From the NCBI RefSeq assembly GCF_006345805.1, contig NC_043019.1, positions 744,001 to 808,000 of the forward strand: a DNA stretch of 64,000 bases, in the 5' to 3' direction. Under the pieces are notes generated by a model. It searched no databases. It saw only the letters and a program-made list of their open reading frames with translations, and was not told where the DNA came from. Position numbers and translations under genes: made by a program. Position 1 is the stretch's first letter, and every line of letters starts with the position of its first letter. Source of the stretch: Octopus sinensis. Its lineage: Eukaryota. This document shows positions 11,372 to 24,122 of this stretch, in pieces.

Positions 11372-12595
11372 GACCTGTGTCTTCTCGTGGTTTAGATGAC
11401 ACTTCTCTGAGATACTATTGATTTCCGTCAACAAGTGACACCAACATGTAAAAGCTGACATTTTTCCGCATTGTCGCAGTTAATTAAAGATAGAACCAAT
11501 TTATAGTCACATTACCAAAACAAAGACGTAATTAACAATGACGCAAGAGAATGCCGTAATTAACTGTGTGAAGGGCTAATTACGACAATTATTCGAGGAA
11601 AATTACTACTCATCAGTTGCCGTTGTCTGATGGTAATTCATTCAGATTACAATTTCTTTAGATTATGAAGCAAATATTCGGATGAAGAATTAATCCTATA
11701 TTTTGAATGATAGAGAGGCAAGGACGAGGTATGTCGCAAATTATTCTGAATATATTTTACGACGGGATTTCAAGTAATATTTGTGACAAAAGTGAAAGTA
11801 CTTCCTGAATAATTAATGCCCTTCTCAGGGAGTTCAATAAATATGTCGATTTATAGAAATATATTTGCGTATTTTACCAATGTAAATGTCTTCAAACAGT
11901 TAATAGTTGTCGATGATGGGAGGGGATGTAATGTGCATGATTTTGGAGTTGATACATTTAATCAGAATAAAATAAAATCTTTATCTGTTGTAAAAACCTT
12001 CAAAATTAGATATGGAAAAGAACTCTTTTGTAGATTTATTATAAACTAGCACTATGACCCGGCGTTGCCGGGTCATAGTGCCAGTGCATGCATATACAGC
12101 TGCGTGCGCGCGCACATACATGCGCGTACTGTCCAAATCTCCGACTAATCACATACAGCTAGCTGGCATTCAATTGGCGTATCAAATTTCGGGCATTTTG
12201 ATTGGGTGTTGGATAGAAAATTCACAAAAAAAGTCACTTCTATTGATTTTTTAATGGCTTTGTAAGGTGACTGGGGAAATGTAAAGATGTACACGACCAC
12301 CCCTGGACAGGTTTGAATGACCATAGAAAGTGCGAGCCCTCTAACCGAAAAGTTGTGGATTTTTATCAAGGGCATGCACTCACACACACACAAAGACATT
12401 TTGCCGTTTATATATAGAGAGATGAATAGTGTTTGCATGGGTTAATGAAGGAAGAGTCTAACTTTATTTTGACTACCAATTCATTAGCACTTGCCACTGA
12501 ATTTTCATGAGGCAAAATTAAGAAAACTCATTTGTGCTACTTGCATAAAAAGCGATGGAAGGATATAACAGATTTTCACCCTGTGCATATGAATC
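11372..12595 (+). repeat. Old inverted duplication, left arm (interrupted by Helitron)
   Basis: Aligns to the reverse complement of 14960-15828, e.g. tcaacaagtgacaccaaca, gacaattattcgag, gccactgaattttcatg; roughly 70-75% identical by eye. Confidence 0.8.
12046..12422 (-). mobile_element. Non-autonomous Helitron
   Basis: 5' TC(tc)tatatataaacggc, 3' hairpin plus CTAG, inserted between A and T with no TSD; the paralogous arm shows the empty site. Confidence 0.85.
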
Positions 12596-13075
12596 TTACA
12601 CATTTAGAGCTACGATAATCACCACTATTCCTACTTATACTTCTCTTGAGTACTAATCGTCTCGAATTAAAAATAATTTTATTCGTAAGTGTATGGTAAT
12701 CCCTATCACCATTCTTCTTATCTTCCCTGGTTATTAACATTATACTTATCGTATTTGGAAGGTAATGTAGATTTATCAGTGAATTCACTCTAATCAAATG
12801 TGACTGCAAGTAGTCCTATGTTAATTTTGCTTATCTTTCTTTCATTTGAATGGAGGTGTTTCCGTATCTCTTGTCCTAACCCTATCACTCGTGTTATGAT
12901 TACATTTCCTATTATATTCTTTACAACCTGTGCTGGGATTTTTTTATCTTATTATTAGGGTAGACACCAGAAATGTGAAATAGTAATGAACAACACTTCT
13001 CTATACTGCAATTATAGGCGAACGGAAACGGCGATAATGTATGTTTGAAATGGCATTCCCGAAGGTGACAGAAAA

Positions 13076-13588
13076 TCTATATATATAAAACTGTAGTTGT
13101 GTGAGTGTCTGTCCCCTTCGATTTAGATTTCTAACTACTCCCACATTTTGCGGTGCAGTTTAACCAAATTCGGGTATCTTATAGTCGTGATTCATATCGA
13201 GCCCGTCTGAGTATTAGCGCGCGTCTACGATGAGTCTACGATTTAAAAAATAATTTAACATCATTTTTTATTCCATTTTAATGCATAATTGTTCGTGTGT
13301 CGATGGCGGCGGAGTTGGCGTCCATGGTCACACCTGCACCTGTTTGCTTCTCCCCCTTCTTCCCTCCCTCGTGAAGCTGTGGGGAAGGGAGTGTAAGGAA
13401 ATCAACGTCGTAAAGCGTTGTCAAGGAGACCAGCGTTCTTTTAGAACAACGACTTCATGGCTTGAAGACACCAAAACAGTAATGGCTAAGAAAGCCCGAA
13501 TTGGCATCTATAAGGGAAGTAACTCTCTAAAAATGCGTATATAGTTATTTCACTTACAAACCCGAGCAACGCCGGGCGATACTGCTAG
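13076..13588 (+). mobile_element. Non-autonomous Helitron
   Basis: A|TCtatatatataaaactg...cccgagcaacgccggg-cgatactg-CTAG|T: 5' TC, subterminal hairpin, 3' CTAG, A/T target. Confidence 0.9.
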
Positions 13589-14081
13589 TACCTAATAAAT
13601 ACCTAATACAGATTTCTCCGTTTCTTTTCGCTGTTAATTTTCAGTTTTCTTATTGTCAGTTTTTTTTTTACGCACAGTTGGATTTGTGCGGGGTATACAC
13701 AAAGAAATGTGTAAGATACATATGCACAGGGTGAAAATTTGTGCCTAATATTCGACAAAAGAAGAAAAAAGTCGAAAAAAGTGGTGTCCTGGGAATTAGT
13801 ATTAGGAACATATGGTATCTGCGAAAGTCAAACATAAAGGTTGTTCTTGTTATGGGAGCGATGAGTTCACTATCACCCAACATGAAGAAACCTCTTGACA
13901 CTTTAGAAATACCCAACAATTTTGGTCAACTGCAAAATAATGTGTACTTCAATTGGAACTGCACGCATACTGCGTAAAATACTGACTGAGGTCCTTATGA
14001 CTTGACAGACGGTACGAACCCCGGTACACACAACATTTCCAATGTACAACATCACAATGTTAAGTACTCTTCGAAGCCTTC

Positions 14082-14082
<1 letters not shown>

Positions 14083-14132
<50 letters not shown>

Positions 14133-14142
14133 TAGAAGAAGA
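14083..14142. repeat. (AAT)n microsatellite
   Basis: Directly visible. Confidence 0.95.
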
Positions 14143-14444
14143 AGAGTATAGCTGCAGCTTTGATAGCGGTTGGACGTGCTCTTCGCTGCTTTGACTAGTC
14201 AACAGCTAAAGTCACAGAAATACTACTAGAAAGTGAAGCAACTCCAAAACTCACAACTCAGAAGAATTTGTTGACGTCATGCAAAACGGCATTTAATATA
14301 AAAAAAAATCAATGGCGATAAATGAAGTACCAGTTGCGTGCTGGAGTTGATGTTATCGACTGGCCTCACCCCCAAATTTTCGGGCCTGTATCAAGGAGAA
14401 AATATATCGATTCTTTGGGACTTACTAGTATATACACTGAGAGC

Positions 14445-14680
14445 CATCAAAGCTAATAAACCGGATGTTTTTGCGATAGTATTTTGCAAAAGACCAATAT
14501 ACTAAAGTTTGTTTGCTGCTGTGTATCACATTTGATCATGACATTTGGCTGAAAAGAATTATAAAGATTTGTCCGCTGAAATCCGGAAAATATGTCATCT
14601 TAAGGCGATTACAATACCAACTATTGAAGGAGCCCTAGCAATGATGAAAGAAAAAAAGGAAGGGGCAACAATTGAGAATG
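14445..14680 (+). pseudogene. R4/Dong-type RLE LINE endonuclease remnant
   Basis: ANKPD...; NYKDLSAEIRKICHLKAITIPTIEGALAMMK resembles the RLE consensus KYKDLEIEI.KMW.LK...IP.I.GALG. Confidence 0.6.
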
Positions 14681-14959
14681 ATATCTCGCTTACCATCCCT
14701 GCAAGGAATGCAAGATATTTTTTAAATTGGTACGGCAAATACATTGAGAAGAGCAATTTTTAACTGGTATGACATACAAGTTGTGAACAGCATTGTCGTA
14801 GGGATAACGATAACCTATGTAAATATTTTCTGCCAGATGGATTTATTTGATTTTGGAAATGAAAAATCAGATATGTTTATTTTAAGTACTTGTCAAATCT
14901 CGGCATGTAGAACTTGCAATTGCGTGGGAAAGAAATAGTGAAATGTGTGGGATGACAAA

Positions 14960-15828
14960 TACACATGCACTGAGTGAAAATCTGTTAAATCATTCCATCA
15001 GCTTTTATGCAAGTAATAAAACTGAAATTCCTTAACTTTACGCCATGAAAATTCAGTGGCACGCATGTAGTAATAAATTGGTAAACTAATAAAAGTTTAA
15101 TTCTAATTTCCTTCATTAATCCATACAACCAATATTTACTCATAATAAATCTTCAAATGAGATCCTTTCCATATCTAATTCTGAGGGTTTCCAGAACAGA
15201 TAATGATTTTATATTATTCTGATTAAATCTATCACCTCGAAACTCATGCACATTACTTCCTCTCCCATCATCGATAATTCTTCGTTGTAGGATAACCTTC
15301 ATATTTGTAAAATAAACAAATATACTCTTATAAAACGGGATATTTACTGAGAAGTGTATTAATTATTTATTCAGAAAAATACGAAAGAATTAACATCTAG
15401 GAAATGCTATCACTTCTCACACAAATTCTATTCGAAATTCGGTCGGGAAATTCATTCAGAATACTAATTTTTTCTCTCTATCGTTCGAACATATAGGATT
15501 AATTTTTCATCAGAATATTTGTTTGTTAATCTATCCAAAGAAATTGCCAGCTGAATGAATTAGCACCATACAACGGCAAATTATAAGCAGTCATTTTTCT
15601 CGAATAATTGTCAGGATTAATCCTTAACACAGTAAACCCTGGCATTCATTTGCATCGTTCCCCGTCATGATTCTATTTTCGTAATGTGATGATAAATTAG
15701 GTCTAACTTTAAGCTGCCTGGACAATGCGGGTGAATGTCAAACAGTACCTGTTGGTGTCACTTGTTGATGGAAACCAATGGCATCTGAGAGAGTAGTCAG
15801 CTACGCTAAACTCGAGTAGACACAGGTG
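14960..15828 (-). repeat. Old inverted duplication, right arm
   Basis: See 11372-12595. Confidence 0.8.
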
Positions 15829-15986
15829 CTGTCAAGAAATCTGGGTAGGCCGTAACTGCATGACATTACTCAAGGGGTTGAAATTGGATATTTATTCTTT
15901 TTGTTCTTCGAAAGAAATTTACTCGTAAAATTCCAGTTAATATCTTCTTGTATTTGTTATGTAGTTGTCTGCGTCTACAAACGTCA

Positions 15987-16371
15987 GGAGGCGCAATGGC
16001 CCAGTGGTTAGGGGCAGCGGACTCGCGGGCGTAGGATCGCGGTTTCGATTCCCAGACCGGGCGTTGTGAGTGTTTATTGAGCGAAAACACCTAAAAAGCT
16101 CCACGAGGCTCCGGCAGGGATGGTGGTGATCCCTGCTGTACTCTTTCACCACAACTTTCTCTCACTCTTACTTCCTGTTTCTGTTGTACCTGTATTTCAA
16201 AGGGCCGGCCTTGTCACTCTCTGTGTCACGCTGAATATCCCCGAGAACTACGTTAAGGGTACACGTGTCTGTGGAGTGCTCAGCCACTTACACGTTAATT
16301 TCACGAGCAGGCTGTTCCGTCGATTCGGATCAACCGGAACCCTCGTCGTCGTAACCGACGGAGTGCTTCCA
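15987..16371 (+). mobile_element. SINE family C, full length
   Basis: ggaggcgcaatggcccagtggttaggg...gtttcgattccc...; tail ends cgtcgtcgtaaccgacggagtgcttcc. Confidence 0.9.
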
Positions 16372-16595
16372 TCCATCCACAAACGTCAGTCCAATAGGTG
16401 TTAAATCGGTCCTCACTAGTGGTCGCGGTTGTATCTGTCACGTCAGAATATAGTCTGTCATTGCTCAGATGTTCTAATGTCAACTTATAAATTTCAACAT
16501 GTGGCACTTGGTGAAGAATGCAGTTTGATGTAGCTACCCTCATTGCCATGAGGTAGCTACCCTCTTGCCATGAGGTAGGTTCACCAGGGACTCTC

Positions 16596-16645
<50 letters not shown>

Positions 16646-16655
16646 CATATATATT

Positions 16656-16847
16656 TACCGGAGTAAACACATAAATGTGAAACAAGGTGGAAGAAAAAGT
16701 ACTCAAATACCAGACATAGAGTAATATGCTTTATTTAAAAGCAGCAGAAATTCAACAAAAGCTGTTACTCGGAGTAACTGTCCGACGAACGGGAACGTGA
16801 AACTCCGAGTAACAGCTTTTGTTGAATTTCTGCTGCATTTAAATAAA

Positions 16848-16850
<3 letters not shown>
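16656..16850. mobile_element. Fold-back pLTR-like element with variant HHR (16776-16815 +)
   Basis: About 47-bp inverted arms around aactgt CCGACGA acg-ggaa-cgt GAAA ctccgag TA acag; flanked by (CA)n/(TA)n; same family as 19513. Confidence 0.75.
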
Positions 16851-16911
<61 letters not shown>

Positions 16912-16925
<14 letters not shown>

Positions 16926-17290
16926 GGCAGTTTGTCTGTGCGTGTTTCTGTGTGTCTGTTTGCTTGTACCCTCACCCTGACCACGGCTTTCAACCGATTC
17001 TGATGAAACTTGACACACACATAGCCCAATGTCATAATTCAAAACTAACGCAGCAAAAATTTTGAAAAGTTCCCCCAGTTCTGAAAAATATCGATATATT
17101 CGACATGGGGTCGAGAATCAGAAACACAAACCGCAAACTGTCTAGGGGACGCAACTCCACCTTTTTTAACTAAAAAAAAAATTTACCATCATTTTTTTCC
17201 ATTTTTTTGCTATTTTTTGGCTATAACTCTCTAAAAATGCTTTATAGTTATTTCCCTTACAAACCTGAGCAACGCCGGGCGATACTGCTA

Positions 17291-17291
<1 letters not shown>
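16912..17291 (+). mobile_element. Non-autonomous Helitron (same subfamily as 59927)
   Basis: 5' end merges into (TA)n; 3' gagcaacgccgggcgatactgCTAG|T; near-identical to 59927-60306. Confidence 0.9.
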
Positions 17292-17358
<67 letters not shown>

Positions 17359-17837
17359 ATATAAGCACTGTCAACGTATTCGGAGCATTGCTTTATTATT
17401 TTTGTGGTTGACATCATAATCAGAAAAGTACAGGTAGAACTCTGAGAATATATTGGATAATTCCATTTTCAAATTAATGAAACTCATCTAATCTTGTTAT
17501 TTATTATATCACACATTTCTCGAAACAAGCCTCTGATATATTTGAGATTATTAGCGACGCGATTTCCACCGTTTCTTAGTAAACATCTGCGAAGATATGA
17601 AATCAAAATTACGAATCATATTATTGGCGTTGTTTGTATAATATATCAAGATATATTATGGCGTTATCATATTTGCGTCATAAATGTTTTGTTAACGCTC
17701 ACCATACATGTTGGTGGCATCAATGAGGTTAATTAATACCAAGTAGTGTTGTTAAATATCGTTTGTGTTCTTCCTTTTTGATGAACGTCAGAAGATGTGC
17801 AATTTAAGGCAGGCAAGTAAAATTACGAAAGGTATTC

Positions 17838-18214
17838 TTTTTCTTTTTATTCGTTTATTTTGTTTCAGTCATTTGAGTGCGGCCATGCTGGAAAAAGTAT
17901 GCCTTAGATTGAAAATTGTTAATCATGTAGCATACATTACAAAGGATGTTCGGAAGTTTGCGTTCTGAATATTAATCTATGTTATCTAATAACTACACAA
18001 AGTATATTTCATCAATATATCTCAGTTTTATTTTAAAAACTAACATGCAAGTAAAACTATCAAAACTATAGTTGAGCAAATAGAACCACAGGACTTATTC
18101 TCTGTAAGCCTAGTACGTATTCTATCGGTCTCTCTTGCCGAACCGCTAGGTGACGGGGACGTAAACACACCAGCATCGGTTTTCAAGCGATGTTGGAGGA
18201 ACAAACACGGACAT

Positions 18215-18298
<84 letters not shown>

Positions 18299-18460
18299 GA
18301 CGGGCTTCTTTCAGTTTCCGTTTACCAAATTCACTCACAAGGCTTTGGTCGGCCCGAGGCTATAGTAGAAGACACTTGCCCAAAGTGCTACGCAGCGGGA
18401 ATGAACCCGGAACCATGTGGTTGGTAAACAAGCTACTTACCACACAGCCACTCCTGTACT
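17838..18460 (-). mobile_element. SINE family A (extreme tail separated by about 170 bp)
   Basis: Reverse complement of family A including the internal (CA)n(TA)n. Confidence 0.85.
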
Positions 18461-19242
18461 TACCGTATAAATTATATTCTATAAAATTCAACATAAAGAA
18501 GTAAACTTATTGTATCAACATGCTAACATTGGCATGGAAACATCCTTGAAATGTTACGCTTTCAGTTTGGAAAGGAAGGACATATTAGAAAATGTAGCGC
18601 AAAATATGAAGAATGATAACGAAAGTGAAAGTGTTTCGTCACGTGTGCAATGATTTTGATCACATGTCTATTCCGCCATGTTTGAATTGGAGCGAAAGCT
18701 TATCTTACTGAAGGTGAAAAAGCGTTGATTTTCACATATTGTTCCTAGATTTGATAAACGCCCGCCGTGTCCTTGTTGTATGGCGGTGTAAAAGGATACC
18801 ATCTGAAGTGGGTAATGGAACCTTTGATTTACAAACTGACAGGTGGTGGACTTTGGTTTCGGATTTACAAACGCACACACATATTAGGATGCATATGAAA
18901 ATTTTGTCAGGAATGTACACGTCTCTTGTATATATGTGTCATCCTGTATTGGCGCTTACGTGTATGTATGTATGTATGTATGTATGTATGTACGTATGTA
19001 TACATTTTATGACCACATGAAGCGATGCGACACATGATGCCAAAACGTATAACCTGCCTCTCATTCTCTGCGATATTTTAAGACTCCAGAATATATCTAC
19101 TGCTTTCCTTATAACTTCCTTCGGCACAATTATTATCATTACCACCATCTTACAGAAGCAACAATCCTCTTCAGCTTCGTCTCCAGTAAAAATGCAATCA
19201 GTAACACTGGATCACCGTTTCCTTCCTGCCAATCATCATCTT

Positions 19243-19411
19243 AGTAGGAGTGGCTGTGTGGTAAGTAGCTTCCGGGGTCAGTCCCACTGCGTGGCATCTT
19301 GGGCAAGTGTCTTCTACTATAGTCGCGGGCCGACCAAAGCCTTGTGAGTGCATTTGGTAGACGCAAACTGAAAGAAGCCCGTCGTATATATGTATATATG
19401 TATATATATAC

Positions 19412-19497
<86 letters not shown>

Positions 19498-19792
19498 ATG
19501 TATATATATATATACTTTATTTAAAGCAGCAGAAAATTCTACAAAACTTGATACTCTGAGTTTCGCGTTGCCGTTCATTGGACAGTTTTTGCTAGAAAAG
19601 AACCGATATATCAATTCTATTCTATTCTATTCGGTTCTATACTAGCAAAAACTGTCCGATGAACGGCAACGCAAAACTCAGAGTAACAGGTTTTGTAGAA
19701 TTTTTTGCTGCTTTAAATAAAGCATATTACTCTACCACTGGTATTTGAGTAATCTTTTTTTCCACCTTGTTTCACATTTATGTGTTTACTCC

Positions 19793-19828
<36 letters not shown>

Positions 19829-20178
19829 TTCAGTAAAAATTTAGATTCAGTTGAATATGGTACTTAAGTTAAAGGCACCAGAATTTTGGCATGGTATTAT
19901 CCATATAATTCAAAATGGGGTGATTATAATCAAAATAAACAACATATATGTATGTGTGTATATGTTTGTGTGTCTGGGTTTGTCCCCTCAACATCACTTA
20001 ACAACCAATACTGGTGTGTTTGCGTCCCCGTAACTTAGCGGTTCGGCAAAAGACACCGATAGAATAAGTACTTGGCTTACAAAGAATAAGTTCTGGGATC
20101 TATTTGCTCGACTACAAGCGGTGCATCAGCATGGCCATAGTCAAATGACTGAAACAAATAAAGAGTAAAAGAGTAAAA
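19243..20178 (+). mobile_element. SINE family A split by insertions in its internal (TA)n
   Basis: Head 19243-19385, tail 19950-20178 ending (aaagagt)n; fold-back element nested between them. Confidence 0.85.
19513..19796. mobile_element. Fold-back pLTR-like element with two variant HHR motifs
   Basis: Arms 19515-19595 / 19641-19722; motifs ccaatga acggcaacgc gaaa ctcagag ta (-) and ccgatga acggcaacgc aaaa ctcagag ta acag (+); right arm extends 75 bp, matching the reverse complement of 16656-16730. Confidence 0.75.
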
Positions 20179-20635
20179 GTGTAACGCTGTCACTTGCCAG
20201 CAAAATCCTGACGCTCAAATCATACAACTATTGTCACTTAAGCACTATTAATCACGACTGTCATATCCAACACTGACACTGCTACTCCTGCTTCTATTGT
20301 TACTTAAGCACTGTTAACACCCACCACCATCATAGCCATCACTCACACTGCTACTCCTACTATCAACATCGTCATCACCATCCCCACATTATCATACTCT
20401 TTAATGGCACCTGCATCGTCTTTATTATCGCCATCAACTTCTTCCTTCTTCCTCATTAACAAAATCGACATTTAAGTTCAATGGCCTCTCGCTCACTAAT
20501 CACAACCCTCCCTTTGCAAATTTAATTATTTTTCTGTAGCACTTTTGTCAAAAACATTTTGTAATTCGTTCTGGATTATCAATAAGGTAATCATTTTTTC
20601 ATAGCACTCTTTTTGATATTTCCATTTATTACATA

Positions 20636-21022
20636 CTAGCAGTATCGCCCGGCGTTGCTCGGCTTTGTTTCGAACCTTTAGAATTGGAATTTTTGAAAAG
20701 TAAAAATTTTGCATTATGAAGCTTGTTATTCTCTTTAAGTGAACATTTTTCTGGTTGAAATACACCGAAAAATGGTGACACAGCAGTCAAAAATTCGTAA
20801 AAAATAGGGTCTTCATAGAAAAGAAGCACCTTTTTGATGTAAATACTTTTTGGTGTTAACATGGTCCAATTTAAACTTTTACTTCTACGGAAAGAAGGGC
20901 TAGCCTTCTTCTATCATACTCTCAACTTTGGTCAACTTGCGCCGTAGAGTCTCGGAGGAGATAGTGTTAGTTGAAGGCTACCAAACCTGCCATACACAGA
21001 CAACTTCAGCTTTATATATAGA
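20636..21022 (-). mobile_element. Non-autonomous Helitron, distinct interior
   Basis: A|TCtatatataaagctg...ccgagcaacgccgggcgatactgCTAG|T on the minus strand. Confidence 0.88.
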
Positions 21023-21052
21023 TTTGCAGCATTCCACTCATCAGACCAAACG

Positions 21053-21125
<73 letters not shown>

Positions 21126-21194
21126 CATACATACATACATACATATATCATTTGATACTCCATTTATGATATACAAAAGTATATATATATATAG

Positions 21195-21480
21195 ACCCTT
21201 CTTTTCCTCAACAGTCCCTGCCCTGTTTAACATTGTCCCGAAAGAGATCAGAGAGGAAAAGGATCCCATTACTCTCAAACGGAGTTTGGACAGATTTCTT
21301 CAAGGAACATCGGATAAGTCACCCATTCGTTGATACAACTCAATCAACAAGGACTCACTACTTGAATGGACCATAAACAAAACTTGACTTAAACAGCATT
21401 TAGATAATTCTATCAGGTGGTGCTATTACGTTAGACATGACCTGGACCAATCTTTGGTCAGAACATATCTAAGTTTTATT
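21195..21480 (+). pseudogene. CR1/L2-group LINE 3' remnant
   Basis: PALFNIVPKEIREEKDPITLKRSLDRFLQGTSDKSP...NSINKDSLLEW resembles the C-terminus of the 30423-31010 LINE (PQLFNILPK...LDLFLSDVPDEP...SNSL). Confidence 0.7.
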
Positions 21481-21630
21481 CATATATGTTCTCATAGAGA
21501 AACCACCTGTACCTGTGGATAATTATGCTTGTTAAACATTCGAGAATACACATTGTCCAGCAGCTATCAAATATTAAAAAATTAGCAATATACACTAGAA
21601 TATATTTCGTATAATGCTCGGTGACAGTAA

Positions 21631-22265
21631 ATTTTTGTACAGAAACTGTATCAGTAGTTAATTCATAATAGTAGGAAGCATCTTAAGACGTGTTGCTGAA
21701 AAAGTAACATAGTTATACATACGGATCTTTTCGGTTTGAACGGCAGTTTTAACATAATTTCCACGTAACTAAACACGTTTAAACTTCGTATACTGGTAGA
21801 ATGTATTTATAAAACATATTCTTCTCTTGGCTTTATTGAGAAAATATCTATAGTTTGTAAGATATTTGTTGTTCTTTTTCTTCAATTTCTGCAATTTCAA
21901 CCAATCAATGACGCCTATTGAAATGAAAATATTATGTGCCGCATGAATATGTCCCTCGTTTAAGAGACAGATTGGATTTATTTAAATTTCTGAAGAAAAA
22001 AAGATACCCTTCCCCCACCCCTAACCCTAACCTTAACCCTAACACTAACCCTAACCCTAACTAACCCTAAAACAGATTGAAATGCAATAGATCGATACTA
22101 GGGTCATAATTATGGGTGACAATTTCATATGACACTGCTAGAAAAAACTGCCGTTCAAACCGAAAAGATCCGTATATTTTTGTACAGAAACTGTATCAGT
22201 AGTTAATTCATAATAGTAGAAAGCATCTTAATACGTGTTGCTGAGAAAATAACAAAGTTATACAT
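21631..22265. repeat. 90-bp direct repeat (21631-21720 / 22176-22265) flanking the MITE
   Basis: atttttgtacagaaactgtatcagtagttaattc...gttatacat on both sides, 5 mismatches. Confidence 0.9.
21722..22172 (+). mobile_element. MITE with about 29-bp TIRs and internal (CCCTAA)n
   Basis: TA-cggatcttttcggtttgaacggcagtttt...aaaactgccgttcaaaccgaaaagatccg-TA; second copy at 32140-32563. Confidence 0.9.
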
Positions 22266-23308
22266 CCGTTTCTTTTAATAAAATACTGTTTGTTAAATAC
22301 TATCCGAAAGCAACATTGGAAAACGATGCTGCAACTTTCCTTAATGGTGGTAAACAGGTGTAAATAAACCTTACAGTCAATTGTCATTTTATAATCTTCA
22401 GACGACCAGAATATATTTTCAAACTGATTAATGAAATAGAAAGAGCAATAGGCATCAATGAATAAAATGAGAGGCCCACATCGATTTATACAAACGCATA
22501 TGTTCACCGAACAATTGCTCATCTTTCACGAGTTACGTATCATCATACTCGTTTCGAGGATATAAAATATTCGACTGAAAATGAAACAGGACGTTCAAAA
22601 TGTACAAAATAATTTGTACATGTTTACAACAAGAAGCATGTGAATATTATGTGTGTGTGTGTGTGTGTGTGTTTCATTTTACACATTTTTCTGGTCATAA
22701 GTCCAGTACACATTCTATCTGTCCAAATATCCACCTAAATATCCTGTTTCTTCGTCTGTCTGTCTGTCTGTATCACCACTCTCTCTCTCTCTCTTTCGCT
22801 TTCGCTACTCTCACTCTCCCCCGATCTCTCTCTTTATATATAGTAGTATAATATATACAGGTATACACATATATATCTAGCAATACATACACAGACACAC
22901 ACACACACACACACGTACACATGTACACACTTATATTGAGATAGATAGGTAGAAATATAGAGAAACAGAGAGAGAGAAAGCGTGTGAGAGAGAGATTCAG
23001 ACACAGAGAAAGACAGATAGTATTATGTGTATATGACTGGGCGTATGAATCTTGAAATCACCATAGGTATTGATACTCAATTTATAATAATAGCCAAGAA
23101 ATTAATTGATCCTATATATATGTCTATATATATATATATATTTGTGTGTGTGTGTGTGTGTGTTTGTGTAGGGAGGGTGCGTGAGAGAGATATGTACTTA
23201 TGTTATAACACATACACACACACATGTATGTATATTATCATTTTTATATTATGAAATGAAATTAATGAAAGAAAAATATCAACTCCACTCGCCATGTTAC
23301 GGCATAAA

Positions 23309-23505
23309 TTTCGTGAAAATATGTTTGTTATTCTATTCTGTGATATACAATCAGTTTATTAGAAAACTAATAGATGTGCGTTAAAAAATATATATATTCT
23401 AGAGAATTTTGGATATTAAGGAGCCATAAATTTTGGCATAAAATTTACATTCGTGAAACTTCTAAAAGATTATAAAACAAAATTCAAAATGCAGCATTCA
23501 GTTTT
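23309..23505. repeat. About 197-bp segment repeated inverted at 27342-27538
   Basis: About 12 differences by eye (roughly 94% identical). Confidence 0.9.
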
Positions 23506-24122
23506 TGTTATAAATTTACATTGGGTTCCTGGTATCGATATTGGATAAATTATTCATAAACAGGTCTCATTTGATATGAAAAGAAAAAAAAAATAGCAGA
23601 TTGCGGTGTGAATGCTTTCGCTGTAATGTGTAATTTTGATAGTTTTACTTGCATGTTAGTTTTTAAAATAAAACTGAGATATATTGATGAAATATACTTT
23701 GTGTAGTTATTAGATAACATAGATTAATATTCAGAACGCAAACTTCCGAACATCCTTTGTAATGTATGCTACATGATTAACAATTTTCATTCTAAGGCAT
23801 ACTTTTTCCTTTCAACGTATTTTAGACCGTGATATTGAATGGCGTGCGATATTTACAGCATCACAGTCACATAAAGTCACATATTTGTTTGGAACCATAA
23901 ATACAATTGAAAGGAACTGATACGCATGCGTCGTAATTACTCTATGGATCCCCACCGAGATGAAAAGTAAAGATAATCGAGTCAGTATTTGGAAAGAAAG
24001 GACCTAAATAATAAAATGCATTGTTGTATATCGTATGATGTAGACGCCGTATCACTTTGATGCTAGTAATTTTATCTGTTTGCATATTACCACAGTTTAG
24101 TGCAGTCTTCTTCTTTCTCCTG

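Noticed and set aside
11470-11640. Cluster of TAATTA homeodomain-like sites
   Set aside because: Expected fairly often in AT-rich DNA and not conserved in the paralogous inverted arm.
11661-11728. Apparent AG...GTATGT exon
   Set aside because: Stops in all three frames and lies within the old duplicated repeat; the donor is not conserved in the paralog.
15987-16065. tRNA gene at SINE heads
   Set aside because: A/B boxes are present, but there is no complete acceptor stem and each head continues into SINE body sequence in many copies.
18670-18730. CCGCCATGTT Kozak/YY1-like start with a short ORF
   Set aside because: Only 16 codons, no credible splice continuation, single motif.
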